Source of the DNA: Eledone cirrhosa
Lineage: Eukaryota
NCBI GenBank assembly: GCA_964016885.1
Contig: OZ024748.1
Coordinates: 19,096,001 to 19,160,000, forward strand
Direction of reading: 5' to 3'
Length of the DNA stretch: 64,000 nt
The translations under genes were made by a program, and so were the position numbers. This document shows, piece after piece, positions 1 to 14,665 of this stretch (positions are counted from its first letter, which is position 1; each line of letters starts with the position of its first letter). The notes under the pieces were generated by a model that saw only the letters and a program-made list of their open reading frames with translations, was not told the DNA's origin and ran no database searches.

Positions 1-329
1 ATGTGTGTGTGCGTGTATGTGTGAGTGTATGTGTGAGTTTCTGTGTGCATGTGTGTATGTATGTGTGTGTTTCTGTGTTCATGTGTGTATGTAAGTATGT
101 GTGTATGTAAGTATGTAGTATGTGTGTATGTAAATATGTAAGTATGTGTGTGTTTCTGTGTATATGTATGTTTGTGTATGTATATGTGTACGTAAGTATG
201 TGTATGTATGTGTATGTGTTTATGTGTGTATGTATGTACGTCGAGGAAATATAGTATTTAAGAGTAAAGAAGACAACAATGTTTTGACGGTTGAGTGACA
301 AGTGACTGACAGGTGGGGGTTTCAATGTG

Positions 330-1370
330 TGACAACTGTGTGACCTGTGGGTGACCTGTGAGGACCAGCGTGGCTGGATCAGCACGTGACAATTGGACGA
401 CTACTGTGTGACCACTGTATGGCCACTGTGTGACCATCGTGTGACCACTGTGTGACATATGTGTGACATGTGAGGACCAGCGTGGGTGGATCAGCCCGTG
501 ACAACCGGACAACTTCAGTGTGACCACAATGTGGACACTGTATGGCTAATGTATGGCTAGTATGTGACCATCGTGTGACCACCGTGTGTGAGAGGTTGGC
601 ACCAGTTCCAGCGTTTGTGGATCACCACGTGACAATTAGACGATACTGTGTGACCATGCTGTGACCAATGTAAGGCCCCTGTGTGACCAATTTGTGACCA
701 CCGTGTGTAAGAGGTCGGCACCAGCCCCAGCGTGAGTGGATCACCACGTGACAATTAGACGATACTGTGTGACCATGCTGTGACCAATGTAAGGCCCCTG
801 TGTGACCAATTTGTGACCACCGTGTGTAAGAGGTCGGCACCAGCCCCAGCGTGAGTGGATCACCACGTGACAATTAGACGACTACTGTGTAACCACTGTG
901 TGACCTGTGTGACATGTGAAGACCGGCATGGGTGGATCAACACGTCACAACTGGACGATTACTGTGTGACCACTGTGTGACCACTGTGTGACCACTGTAT
1001 GGCAAATGTGTGACCACTGTGTGTGAGAGGTGGGCACCAGCGTATGTGGATCAACACGGGACAACTGGACGACTACTGTGTGATCTGTGTGGTGGACCAG
1101 GGTAGTGGGTGGACAAATATGGTGACATTTAGTGACAGATGATGACCAGTGTGTGATCTGTACAAGTGGATCTACGTTTGACAATTGTAGACAACCTGTC
1201 TGGCGACTGTGTGGTGGATCTGTTTGACGGACCAGTGCAGTGGGTGGACAAATAAGGTGACATTTAGCGACAGATGATGACCAGCGTGTAATCTGACCAT
1301 TGTAGAGTACCTGTCTGGTTACTATGTAATCTGTATGGTGGACCAGTGTGGTGGTCAAATGTGGTAACAG
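330..1370. repeat. Degenerate tandem repeat of about 119 bp, rich in gtgacca
   Basis: atcaccacgtgacaattagacg recurs at 621, 740 and 859. Confidence 0.85.
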
Positions 1371-1569
1371 ATGGTAAAAGATGATGATTAGTGTGTGTAT
1401 GTGTGGAGGGAGAATTGTTGTTTGTTATTTAACTCCTGATCAAAGCTGATCGATCAAGCCTAGAATCAAACACATTCCTGCCGTGGCTATCACGACTGCT
1501 GTTTACTATGTTTAACTAATCGCCCTAGCTTTGTGTGTGACCATGGTGACTGGGAATAATTTGGTGGTC

Positions 1570-2238
1570 AGAGAGTGACCAGTGTAAACAGTGTAGGGGA
1601 TCAGAGAGTGAGGAGTGTTGGAGATAAGGAAGTGACCAGTGTGCGAGACAAGAGATTGACCAGAGAGTGACTAGTGTGGGAGACAAGTGCGTGACCAGTG
1701 TAGTAGACCACTGAGTGACCAGAGAGTGACCAGTGTGGGAGACAAGTGCGTGACCAGTGTAGTAGACCACTGAGTGACCAGAGAGTGACCAGTGTGGGAG
1801 ACAAGTGCGTGACCAGTGTAGTAGACCACTGAGTGACCAGAGAGTGACCAGTGTGGGAGACAAGTGCGTGACCAGTGTGGTAGACCACTGAGTGACCAGA
1901 GAGTGACCAGTGTGGGAGACAAGTGCGTGACCAGTGTGGTAGACCACTGAGTGGCCAGAGAGTGACCAGTGTGGGAGACAAGTGAGTGACCAGTGTAGTA
2001 GACCACTGAGTGACCAGAGAGTGACCAGTGTGGGAGACAAGTGCGTGATCAGTGTGGTAGACCACTGAGTGACCAGTGTCTGAGACAAGTGAGTGACCAG
2101 TGTAGTAGACCACTGAGTGACCAGTGTGTGAGACAAGTGAGTGACCAGTGTGGTAGACCACTGAGTGACCAGTGTGTGAGACAAGTGAGTGACCAGTGTG
2201 GTAGACCACTGAGTGACCAGAGAGTGACCAGTGTGTGG
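1570..2238. repeat. 59-bp / 48-bp minisatellite built from gtgaccag subunits
   Basis: agacaagt recurs every 59 bp (1681, 1740, 1799...) and then every 48 bp (2083, 2131, 2179). Confidence 0.9.
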
Positions 2239-2437
2239 AGCTAGGAATGTTTATTTACTTCACCCTAATCTTCAACATAAAATTTATGTTAAACTAAATG
2301 ATATGTGTATATGGAGCCGGCACTTCTGATGGAGTGGTGGGGGCAGCCTTAGTGACATAGGGCTTTCCTTGGGTAGTGTAATCATGACGGAGGAGTCCTT
2401 CCCCTCTCCAGGGCTGAATAAAGGCAGGCGATTTACC

Positions 2438-2509
<72 letters not shown>

Positions 2510-2512
<3 letters not shown>

Positions 2513-2734
2513 TGGTTACACAACAGTTAGTTCACCATATCGAGAACAATTGTTTCACCTTATCGGATCCTCAGCTCGTAATGGCTCGTAACGATTAAGA
2601 GCTGAGGATCCGCCAAGGTGAAACAATTGTTCTCGGTATGGTGAACTAACTGTTGTGTAACCACTTCTACCTAACTCGTCCCATGGACTGAGTGCTCTAC
2701 TACTAAGGATATTACCTTCCAGTGATCTACTACT
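2510..2734. mobile_element. Fold-back element (palindrome 2510-2666 plus unique tail) inside (TA)n, with a minimal hammerhead-like motif
   Basis: Arms of about 70 bp; gag-CTGAGGA-tcc gccaa ggt-GAAA-C AATT G-TT-ctc at 2599-2634; (TA)n on both sides. Stems I and II are weak. Confidence 0.6.
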
Positions 2735-2916
2735 ATATATATATATATATATATATATATCATAAATCACGTCCTTAGAATTATTAGATAAAATATATAC
2801 CATTTCCTCTCCCAATTAGCATAATTAACCATATAAAAAATCAATTAGACCAAGCTATAAGAAGAAAGGCTCTTATGAAGAAATCTCCGACAAATAACTT
2901 TATGTATATGTAAATC

Positions 2917-2946
<30 letters not shown>

Positions 2947-2947
<1 letters not shown>

Positions 2948-3149
2948 GAGTGGGTAATAGGAACAAGTAAGACCTCGACGGCCGAGCTCAAGCCGCTTCG
3001 ACGGCTAATTCTGTACTGAATTAGCCGTCAAAGCGGCTTGAGCTCGGGGGTCGGGGTCTTACTTGTTCCTATTACCCACTCTACTACCCTAAGTATTGAG
3101 TACTTTGGTGCGTTATGGTCCACCTGGTTCCTTACCACATTTCCTTCGT

Positions 3150-3150
<1 letters not shown>
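2947..3150 (+). mobile_element. Hairpin family A copy (TA-embedded fold-back element)
   Basis: Palindrome centred on ggctaattc...gaattagcc plus the conserved tail ...ggttccttaccacatttccttcgtta, flanked by (TA)n. Confidence 0.8.
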
Positions 3151-3184
<34 letters not shown>

Positions 3185-3840
3185 GGAGAGAGAGAAAGAA
3201 AGTGCTAAAGATAGATAGAAGAATCGACCCAAATCTTGCCAGGTACATTTTTTTTTTTATCAATCTCGAAAGAAATAAAAGTAAAGTTGACCTTGGTAGG
3301 ATTTGAACTCACAGCCAAGTGAACCGGAACGAAAACTACAAACCATTCTATCCGTCTATTAAACACTCACACACACACACATAAACACAAAGAAACACAC
3401 ACACATACACACACACACATAAACACAAAGAAACACACACACATACACACACACACATAAACACAAAGAAACACAAAGAAACACACACACATACACACAC
3501 ATAAACGCAAAGAAACACAACATTCTCGAGAATTTACGAGTAACAGCCTGTTGTTTTTGTGGTCTAGACTATATATGTATCTGTATGTCTGTGTATATAT
3601 ATGTATGTTTGTGTGTATGTATTATTATACGTGTATATGTGTGTATATATGTGTGTGTGTGTGTGTGTGTACTCAGGTGTTATGTGTATGTGTATCTGTA
3701 TATCTGTATGTATCTGTGTGTCTATCTACATGTCTGTATGAATATGTTATATGAGTATCTGTGTGTCAGTGTGTCTATCACTCTCTCTCTCTCTCTATGT
3801 GTGTGCATCTGTATGCCTATACGTATGTGTGTGTCTGTAC

Positions 3841-4009
3841 GTGGTCGCAATATGGCCGAATGGTTAAGTCGTTCGCCCCGTAATCCTAAAATCCAGAGTT
3901 CAATCCCATTTCGTGATATCTTGAACAAGTGTCTTTTATCATGACTTTGGGGCGACTTGAAACATTATCAGTGAAATTGGGTGGACGGAAACTGTTTGGA
4001 AGCCCGTCC
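3841..4009 (+). mobile_element. tRNA-derived SINE family D (also about 22628-22765 - and 61738-61875 +)
   Basis: A box tggccgaatggttaag, B box gagttcaatccc, shared 3' part gtgaaatt..gt.gacggaaactg. Confidence 0.65.
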
Positions 4010-4109
4010 AATGGACTGTACCAGTAATTAATAGGTCAACCTTCTTACACACATGTGAAACTGGATCTCCCCGAGAATTACGTTAAAGGTACACGTATTT
4101 GTGAAGACG

Positions 4110-4385
4110 CACAGCTTAATGGTTGGTAGGGATATTTGACGTAAGATCATAATGTCGTGGGTTCGATTCCTGGGCAGGCTGCTGTGTTGTGTTCTTGAGC
4201 AAAACACTTTATTTCACGTTGCTCCAGCACACACTCAGCTGAGAGCGAGTACCAGCAGTAGCTGGGAAGTTAAACCTGCGATAGACCGGTGTCCTATCCA
4301 GGGTGAGCCTTGTTCTCTCAGTTGCTTAACACTAAGTAAACATCAGCCCGACGAGGTTTCAGTTTTAGACAAGTCTTTAACATTA
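4110..4385 (+). mobile_element. tRNA-derived SINE family C (other copies at about 8856-9135, 33705-33830, 33897-34035, 44378-44507)
   Basis: B box GGTTCGATTCC and shared body gtgttcttgagcaaaacactttatttcacgttgctccag. Confidence 0.75.
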
Positions 4386-4604
4386 ACTGATACACGTGTT
4401 TGTGGAAAACTCAGACACTCACGTTATTTCATGAGCAGACTAGTCCAGTGATCGGACAACTGCGAAACTCATCGTCAAAACTGACGCAGATCCATCCCAC
4501 ATCTGTGTGTATGTGTGTTGCTTATATATCGTTGGTTGGTATTGTTGCTGCTGTTGTTGCTGAATGTAAACAGATCTACTGCTGTTTGCATTATGTATGT
4601 TGTG

Positions 4605-4681
<77 letters not shown>

Positions 4682-4859
4682 GTGTGTTGTGTGTATATGT
4701 GTGTGACTATATTTCTGTAGTACGTGTGTATCTATGCATGTGTGTCTCTCAGTGTTTGTCTGTGTGTTACTGTGTGTATGTCAGTGTGTGTGTGCGTCTG
4801 TGTATGTGTCTGTCTGTATGTATATGTATATACACACATACCCGCTTATACACACATAC

Positions 4860-5765
4860 AGGCTCATACAAACCCACACTCGCTCATACATACCCACAAT
4901 CACTCATGCTTACCCACACTCACTCATACATACCCACAATCACTCATACATACCCACACTCACTCATACATACCTTCATTCGCTCACACATACCCACACT
5001 CACTCATACATAGCCACACTCGCTCATACATACCCTCACTTGCTCATACATACCCACATTCACTCATACATAGCCACACTCGCTCATACATACCCACACT
5101 CGCTCATACATACCCACGCTCACTCATACATACCCACATCGCTCACACATACCCACACTCACTCTTTCATAGCCACACTCGCTCATACATACCCACACTC
5201 GCTCATACATCCCCACATTCGCTCATACATACCCACATTCGCTCACACATACCCACACTCACTCATACATACCCACATTCTCTCACACATACCCACACTC
5301 ACTCATACATACCCACACACGCTCATACATACCCACACTCGCTCATACATACCCACAATTGCTCACACATACCCACACTCACTCATACATACCCACACGC
5401 TCATACATACCCACACTCGCTCATACATACCCACACTCACTCATACATACCCACGCTCACTCATACATACCCACACTCACTTATACATACCCACACTCAC
5501 TCATACATACCCACACTCACTCATACATACCCACACTCGCTCATACATACCCACACTCCCTCATACATACCCACACTCAGTCATACATACCCAGACACCC
5601 TCATAATACCCACACTCGCTCATAATACCCACACTCGCTCATACATACCCACACTCGCTCATACATACCCGGACACCCTCATACATACCCACACTCGCTC
5701 ATACATACCCACACTCGCTCATACATACCCACACTCGCTCATACATACACATACTCGCTCATACA
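4860..5765. repeat. 20-bp minisatellite (catacatacccacactcgct)
   Basis: Direct periodicity. Confidence 0.9.
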
Positions 5766-6291
5766 TAGACACATAATACATACATACATACATACACACA
5801 TATACATACATACACACATACATACATGCATACACAGACATTCATACATTGACATATTCATATAGACACGCACACACACATATACACGCATATATATATG
5901 TACATATGCACACTTAAACACATGTTCATGCATACATGCACACAGTTCCACTCACGCACTCACTCGTGCGCTCACACATGCACTCGCACACGTATACACA
6001 TTTACACGAATGCACTCACAGACGCATGCATACATTCACATGCACGCACTCACACAACACTGATACACTCACGCATATACACACTCACGCATTCACGTTT
6101 TTATATTCACACAAACACACACAGACACACGCACGTTCAATTCCCGCCTCCTCCACCAAATTACACACACACATACACACACATATATACACACATACAC
6201 ACACATACACACACACAGACGCACAGAGGTTCAATTCCCGCCTCCTCCATCAAACTTACACACACACATACACACACAGATATACACACAT

Positions 6292-6358
<67 letters not shown>

Positions 6359-6444
6359 CACACACACACACCTCCTCCATCAAACTTACATACATACAAA
6401 CACATACACAGACACGCATACATACACACACACACACACACACA

Positions 6445-6483
<39 letters not shown>

Positions 6484-6695
6484 ACATACATGCATACATA
6501 CAAACACACACACGATACATACTTATGTACCCATATTTCTATCTCTCCCTATCATATATGTGTGTGTATGTGTGTACGTGTATGTGTGTCTGTGTGTTCG
6601 TATGCGTGTGTGCAGTATGTACGTATTTCTATATATATATATATACGCACACACACTCACATGCATATACATAGACACTCATATATCTTTTTTTC

Positions 6696-6753
<58 letters not shown>

Positions 6754-7320
6754 CATCTCTCTCTCTCTCTATATATATATATATACATATAAGATTCACA
6801 AACCTACACACACATACATTCATGGACATATACATTCTCTCATATAGACATATCTAGATACAACACACGCATAAATAGATACAATGCACACATACATAGC
6901 TACGCAACACACATACACAAACACAGCAAGCACAACACACACACAACACATACATAGACACAACACATACATAGCCATAATATACCCATAGTACACACAC
7001 ATACACAACACACATAGACACAACACATACTCACATACATAGACATGATACACACACATACACAACACACATACACACAACACTCACATACATAGACATA
7101 ATACACACACATAAACAATTCGCACATTTTGTTTTCGCCATCATATTTTACTCCAATTTCTTCCCTCATTCCATCTCTCTCTCTCTCTTCATCTTCTCTC
7201 TTTATTCTTCACTCCATCTTTCTCTCATTTTCTTTCTTCCTCCTATCTCCCTATTACTCTGTCTCTTTGTCTGTCTATCTGTCTATGTGTCTGCCTGTCA
7301 GTCTGTCTATTAATCAATCA

Positions 7321-7398
<78 letters not shown>

Positions 7399-7524
7399 TT
7401 ATCTATCTATCTATCTGAGTTACAGCTCTTCACAGTGGGACATCGTCTTCTATTTCATCTTCCTCCTCTCTATTACAATTCTATCTCTTCCTTTCTCTCT
7501 CTATGCCTATTTCCGGCCAACGTC

Positions 7525-8218
7525 TCAATGTGTCAATGTGCCAATGTGCCAATGTGTCAATGTGTCAATTTGTCAATGTGCCAATGTGCCAATGCGTCAG
7601 TTTGTCAATGTGTCAATGTGTCAATATGCAATATGTCGACGTCTCAATATGTGGATTGGCAATATCGGTAGAGGGTCGGACGCCATGCTTTGACGCACAG
7701 AGTTACGGCCCTTGCCATTCTGAGTTCAAATCCCGCCGAGGTTAACTTTGCCTTTCATCCTTACGGGGTCGATAAAATAAAGTACCAGTAATACACTGGG
7801 TAATTGCTGGCCTTGTGCCAAAAAGTAGAAACACTATTCCAATATTTTAATGTGCCAATAGGTCAATATGTCAATGTTACAATATGTCAATTTGCCAATA
7901 TGCCAATATATCAATGTGTCAATGTGTCAATGTGCCAATGTGCCAATGTGTCAATGTGTCAATGTGTCAATGTGTCAATGTGCCAATGTGTCAATGTGTC
8001 ACCAATATGTCAGTGTGTCAATGTGCCAATGTGCTAATATGCCTACTAATGTGTTAATATGCAAATGTACAAATGTGCCAATATACCAATGTGCCAATGT
8101 GCCAATGTGCCAATGTGCCAATGTGCCAATGTGCCAACGTAGCAATGTGCAACTGTAAAAGTGTACGAATGTGTTACTGTGCCAATGTATCAATATGCCA
8201 ATATACCAATATGCCAAC
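7525..8218. repeat. 8-bp minisatellite (caatgtgY), interrupted by a SINE
   Basis: Direct periodicity. Confidence 0.9.
7651..7838 (+). mobile_element. tRNA-derived SINE family B, full copy inserted in an 8-bp minisatellite
   Basis: A box TGGCAATATCGG, B box GAGTTCAAATCC, conserved body gcctttcatccttacggggtcgataaaataaagtaccag; more than 10 copies in the window. Confidence 0.85.
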
Positions 8219-8377
8219 TCAGCAGTCATTGAACTCTACAAACTGAAAATCAGCAATAACTGTAATATCGATTTTTGAACAGTTACATCACTGATCGAAC
8301 ACACAGACACATCGATATACTGTACTTATTTTTATATATAATCATGCTCGCACACACAGACACACACCCACACAGGG

Positions 8378-8466
<89 letters not shown>

Positions 8467-8578
8467 GTCAGATACGTACACACAGACAAATACACACATA
8501 GCTACTTACATATATATATATATATAATCGTACACGCACACACTTACACACACACACACATATATATATATATGTATG

Positions 8579-8626
<48 letters not shown>

Positions 8627-9261
8627 ATTATATATATATATATATATAATCATACACGTACACACTTACACATACACACACACAGAGACACACACACACA
8701 CACATACACATATTCAGGTATATACACATACTGATTCACATATACACATACTTATACACCTATACACATATATAATCACACACGGACAGATGTACACATA
8801 TACACACAAACGAATACATATATATATTCAGTGATGTCCATACATGTGTGAAGGTGTGTCGTTTAGTGGTAAGAGTGTTGGCCATACGATCATAACGCGT
8901 GTGTTCGATTCCTAGACCAAGTGATGTGTCGTATTGTTGAAGAAAACACTTCATTTCACGTTGATCCAGTCAACTCAGCTGGAAATAAGTACCAGCACAG
9001 TAGCTGGGGAGTTAGCCCTGTAATTGACTGGCATCCTCTCCAGGAGGACGTCTTTTACTCACACCACAGCCACTTAACGCCGATGAAATATGAAACCGGA
9101 GATAAGCACCGATATCAGGGTTTGGGACTTTAACTTTTTGTTAACATACACCAGTTTATATCGGGTCACACGAACTTGCGTATAAAGGAATGTATATATA
9201 ATCATAAACACATACAAACAGATTCAGGTAGTCATGCACATAAAAAAATTCATATAGCCGT

Positions 9262-9292
<31 letters not shown>

Positions 9293-9363
9293 TATATATA
9301 TATGCCTCCTGTGGTTGTTTGCTTTTAATTTATTAACTATAATATATATATATATATATATAT

Positions 9364-9585
9364 ATTTCTTCAAAATCGGTGACTGAATACACACGTGTCT
9401 TTTTTTCGTTCCTTGCTATTTTCACTCTGCATTTTTCAATTTGATCTTTTATTTCTCTTCTGATGAAGGACAAACGTCCAAAACGTAAATAGTCTTTTCC
9501 TATTATACCAAGCGTTAAAATAATATATATTTTCATTGTACTGTGTTGTTTACTTTGTTGTCTCCGTTTATCTTTTACATACATA
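9364..9585 (+). mobile_element. TA-adjacent remnant with a degenerate hammerhead (G12 lost)
   Basis: CTGATGA-a-ggac aaac gtcc-AAAA-cgta at 9460-9487. Confidence 0.45.
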
Positions 9586-10193
9586 TAGAACTATACATAT
9601 GGTTATACGTATACAGGCTATTCGACACACACATAACAACATGTACACATAAATGGATCCTTCGTCGGTTTCGATGATGAGTATTCTAGTGGTTTGACCA
9701 CCTGAATTGTCTATATATTATTTTCTAGAGTATGTGGCTGAGTATTCCACAGGTACGAGTAGTTCTCGGGTAGAATCAGTGTGACTAATTTTGTGGCATA
9801 GTATGACACGAAACGACACAGTGGGTGACACCTTGTGACAGTGTGTGACAAGGTGTGACAAGGTGTGACACTGTGACGCGGTGTGACACTGTGAAGCGGT
9901 GTGACACAGCGCGACACAGTGTAACACAATGTAACACAGTCTAACACAGTGTAACACAATGTGTGACAATGCTGAGTCTTTAAATTACAGGTAGAAACTA
10001 TCTTGTATATTTTAGTGTAACGTAATTCTCAGGGAGATTCAGTGTGACACAGTGTGACACACCGTGCCATATCCCAAATATATATTATATAAATACTCAT
10101 GCATGCACCCAAACGTGTATCGATACACACACTCACGAATACACACATATATGAAGGAATGTGATGTGTGTGTGTGTGTATATATATATATAT

Positions 10194-10283
<90 letters not shown>

Positions 10284-10500
10284 GAGGGTGAGAAAGATAG
10301 ATAGATAGAGAGTGAGAGAGAGAGGGAGAGAGAGAAGGGGAAGAGAAAAAAAGAAATACTCAGGTATAAGTCACACCTGATACTCCCTACCCAGCTCTTT
10401 CAATATCTTCCATCAGCCAATCAGCAGCAGTCACTGTAGTTAGTGAGTGTGTGTGGCAGCACCACACACACTGACACACACACACACACATACACACACT

Positions 10501-10547
<47 letters not shown>

Positions 10548-11029
10548 ACACTGACACAGACACATACACTAACACAGACACAGGCATTCAGGAAGACATA
10601 CAGACACACAGACAGACACACAGACAGACATACACACACACACACACACACACACTGACACACTCTCACACACACAGACACATATGCACACAATCACACA
10701 CACACACACACACAGACAGACAGACAGAGATATACACAAAGACAGACACACACACACAGACACACAGACAGACACAGATACGCACAGAAACACACACATA
10801 CGTTCACACATTGACTAAAACACAGAGACACACACACAGACACTGACACACACGTACACACACACACGCAGACACTTATACACACAGACTCAGACACACA
10901 GGCAGAAACAAACACATACACACACACACAAACATAAACTCGCACACAGATACTAAACACACAGGCACACACACATACATTCACAGACACACGCACACAC
11001 ACACCTCCACACAGACACACACCCACAGA

Positions 11030-11880
11030 CTCACACACACCTCCACACAGACACACATACACACAGGCAGTTAAATACACATACATAGACGCACACACCT
11101 TCACACAGACACACAGACACACAGACACACAGACACACAGACAGTTACAGACACACAGACAGTTACAGACACACACACCTTCACACAGACACACAGACAC
11201 ACAGACAGTTACAGACACACAGACAGTTACAGACACACACACCTTCACACAGACACACAGACACACAGACAGTTACAGACACACAGACAGTTACAGACAC
11301 ACAGACAGTTACAGACACACAGACAGTTACAGACACACAGACAGTTACAGACACACACATCTTCACACAGACACACATACACACAGATACACAGGCAGTT
11401 ACATACACACACATAGACGCACACACCTTCACACAGACACACACACCTTCACACAGACACACAGACACACAGACAGTTACAGACACACACACCTTCACAC
11501 AGACACACATACACACAGACAGTTACAGACACACACACACCTTTACACCTTCACACAGACACACATACACACAGATACACAGGCAGTTACATACACACAC
11601 CTTCACACAGACACACATACACACAGATACACAGACAGTTACATACACACACATAGACACACACACCTTTACACCTTCACACAGACACACATACACACAG
11701 ATACACAGACAGTTACATACACACACATAGACACACACACCTTTACACCTTCACACAGACACACAGATACACAGACAGTTACATACACACACATAGACAC
11801 ACACACCTTTACACCTTCACACAGACACACTGACAGTTACATACACATACACACACCTTCACACCTTCACTCAGACACAC
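11030..11880. repeat. CA-derived minisatellite (acagacacacagacagtt and higher-order units)
   Basis: Direct periodicity. Confidence 0.85.
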
Positions 11881-11969
11881 AGTCACGCAGACAAACGCGC
11901 GTGTGCTGTAATGTAATATACCTATTGTAAGGAAAGTTGAATGAACTTGGTGCATTAGTCTACCTGAGT

Positions 11970-12021
<52 letters not shown>

Positions 12022-12067
12022 GTTGCTACTACTACTACTACTACTACTACTAATACTACTACTGTTG

Positions 12068-12102
<35 letters not shown>

Positions 12103-12106
12103 GTTG

Positions 12107-12162
<56 letters not shown>

Positions 12163-12187
12163 GTTGCTGCTACTACTACTGTTGCTG

Positions 12188-12246
<59 letters not shown>

Positions 12247-12263
12247 GTTGCTACTACTACTAG

Positions 12264-12309
<46 letters not shown>

Positions 12310-12313
12310 GTTC

Positions 12314-12372
<59 letters not shown>

Positions 12373-12376
12373 GTTC

Positions 12377-12416
<40 letters not shown>
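11970..12416. repeat. (CTA)n trinucleotide microsatellite
   Basis: Direct. Confidence 0.95.
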
Positions 12417-12512
12417 CCTAAATGATGGATGCTGCTCCGAGATTAAAGTGGTTGAGTATTCCACAGGCACGTGTAGCGATAACGTATTTCTCATTACTTA
12501 CCTATATATATG

Positions 12513-12707
<195 letters not shown>

Positions 12708-12733
12708 ACACACACACACACACATATATATAT

Positions 12734-12946
12734 ATATTGTTATACTTGGGGAGGGTCATATTTGTGTAATATTGCCAGAATGGTAACATTGAGGACCGAA
12801 TAAATTAAATTAACCGATATAAAAGACACAGAAGCGAAAACCAACCAAACAGTGAGTGTGTTCTGTTATTATCTCTGGCAGTATTATTACAACAATATGA
12901 CCCTCCCTAAGTATAACAATATGACCCTCCCCAAGTATAACAATAT
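12734..12946. mobile_element. MITE-like element with TIRs of about 29 bp; right TIR tandemly duplicated
   Basis: atattgttatacttggggagggtcatatt ... aatatgaccctccccaagtataacaatat. A second right-end copy lies at 47318-47393 next to (TA)n. Confidence 0.65.
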
Positions 12947-13000
12947 TTGTTTCAACACACGATTTCATATCAAAAACCTCGCAAAACTAATTCATCGCCG

Positions 13001-13130
13001 TGTCCCTTTACTGTCTGAGTTCAAATCCCGCCGAGGTTAACTTTGCCTTTCATCCTTACGGGGTCGATAAAATAAAGTACCAGTAATGTACTGGGTATTT
13101 GCTGGCCTTGTGCCTAAAGTAGAAACAGTT
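13001..13130 (+). mobile_element. SINE family B, 5'-truncated
   Basis: B box, body and tail matching 7651-7838. Confidence 0.8.
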
Positions 13131-13159
13131 ATATTTATATATACATACACACACACATA

Positions 13160-13304
<145 letters not shown>

Positions 13305-13580
13305 ATATATAAATATATATCCTGTATATACACACATTACTCATTAATATTGTACACATATTCTCTCATCCCATACATATATATATATATATATATATAA
13401 AATATATGTATATATATATGTAGTATTAAGGATACTATTTATGGTTATGTATATACTAAAACCTTTTATAGGTATATATATATTATACCCTAAATAGTGA
13501 AAGACAGTAATTTATTACTATCTTATTACCAGTAAGATAAATAGCTCAATATAACAACGTCAGTTGTTTTACAGAGCAGT

Positions 13581-14222
13581 TATATAGAGATTACATGAAA
13601 CAAAGTTCTGTTTAAATCATTTATCTGCTTACAATTGTTTCTTCCAAACCGAGGTTTGGTGTCTTCGGAGCAATTATTCAGTGATTTTTAACATACTTGA
13701 CCTCCTTTTCAACACAAGAGACATATAGAAACATATGTATATATATTGACCCGGGCTTCTATATCGTACAGGTGTGTGTAAATAATGCTTAACCAGTTCA
13801 CCCCCATGTCGCTTTGACTACTTGTTTTACTTGTAACAATCTGCCGCACTATAATCTTGTATAAATAGGACACGCGTGCATGCCACACGTGTGACTGCTG
13901 CATACACTGGCTACTCCAAACTTTCCTTTTACTTTATCTTAGTAGACTGCCAATGTTTTATTTTAATTTTAATTTTGTCCTTTAATATGACTGTAATCTT
14001 TGTATGTAAATTACCATGCTATATTATTATAATGGATGTCAATCCACTGTGGGTCAATATATATACATATGTTTCTATATGTCTCTTGTGTTGAAAAGGA
14101 GGTCAAGTATGTTAAAAATCACTGTATAATTGCTCCGAAGACCTCAAACCTCGGTTTGGAAGAAACAATTGTAAGCAGATAAATGATTTAAACAGAACTT
14201 TGTTTCATGTAATCTCTATATA
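13581..14222. mobile_element. Inverted-repeat element (arms 13581-13752 and 14051-14222) with hammerhead-like motifs
   Basis: About 170-bp near-identical inverted arms ending in TATATA. The spacer of about 300 bp contains TATAAATA (~13860). Confidence 0.7.
14131..14177 (+). ncRNA. Minimal hammerhead-like motif (CCGAAGA core variant)
   Basis: tgct-CCGAAGA-..caaacc tc ggtttg..-GAAA-C AATT G-TA-agca. A mirror copy lies at 13626-13672 (-). Confidence 0.6.
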
Positions 14223-14319
14223 TATATGTATATATATTTAAATGTATGTATATACATATATATACGATGATTAAGAATGAGTAATATGTGTATATATATA
14301 GTGTACATTTAGGATGATA

Positions 14320-14351
<32 letters not shown>

Positions 14352-14354
<3 letters not shown>

Positions 14355-14665
14355 GAATAGAAAACGAAAAATCAGTGATGCATCTGAACTCAATTTATTG
14401 TGTGTTACAATTGTTTCCCCGGCGGACAGCTCGAGACGCGATCATTGTGTGGATCTGTCTGATTCTGGACCAGCAGGTTCGACGGACACGTCTAATGATT
14501 TCGGCTAATGCTCCGAAATCATTAGACGTGTCCGTCGAACCTGCTGGTCCAGAATCAGACAGATCCACACAATGATCGCGTCTCGAGCTGTCCGCCGGGG
14601 AAACAATTGTAACACACAATAAATTGAGTTCAGATGCATCACTGATTTTTCGTCTTCTATTCTAT
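14352..14665. mobile_element. Near-perfect 314-bp palindrome with a degenerate hammerhead motif
   Basis: Arms of about 153 bp with a loop at about 14505-14512, starting at a (TA)n tract. GAAAC-AATT-GTA-acac at 14600-14615 is followed by AATAAA. Confidence 0.65.

Noticed and set aside
4724-6847. HTYP/HT/YI-repeat ORFs, here and throughout the window
   Set aside because: Products of (CA)n, (TA)n and minisatellite repeats.
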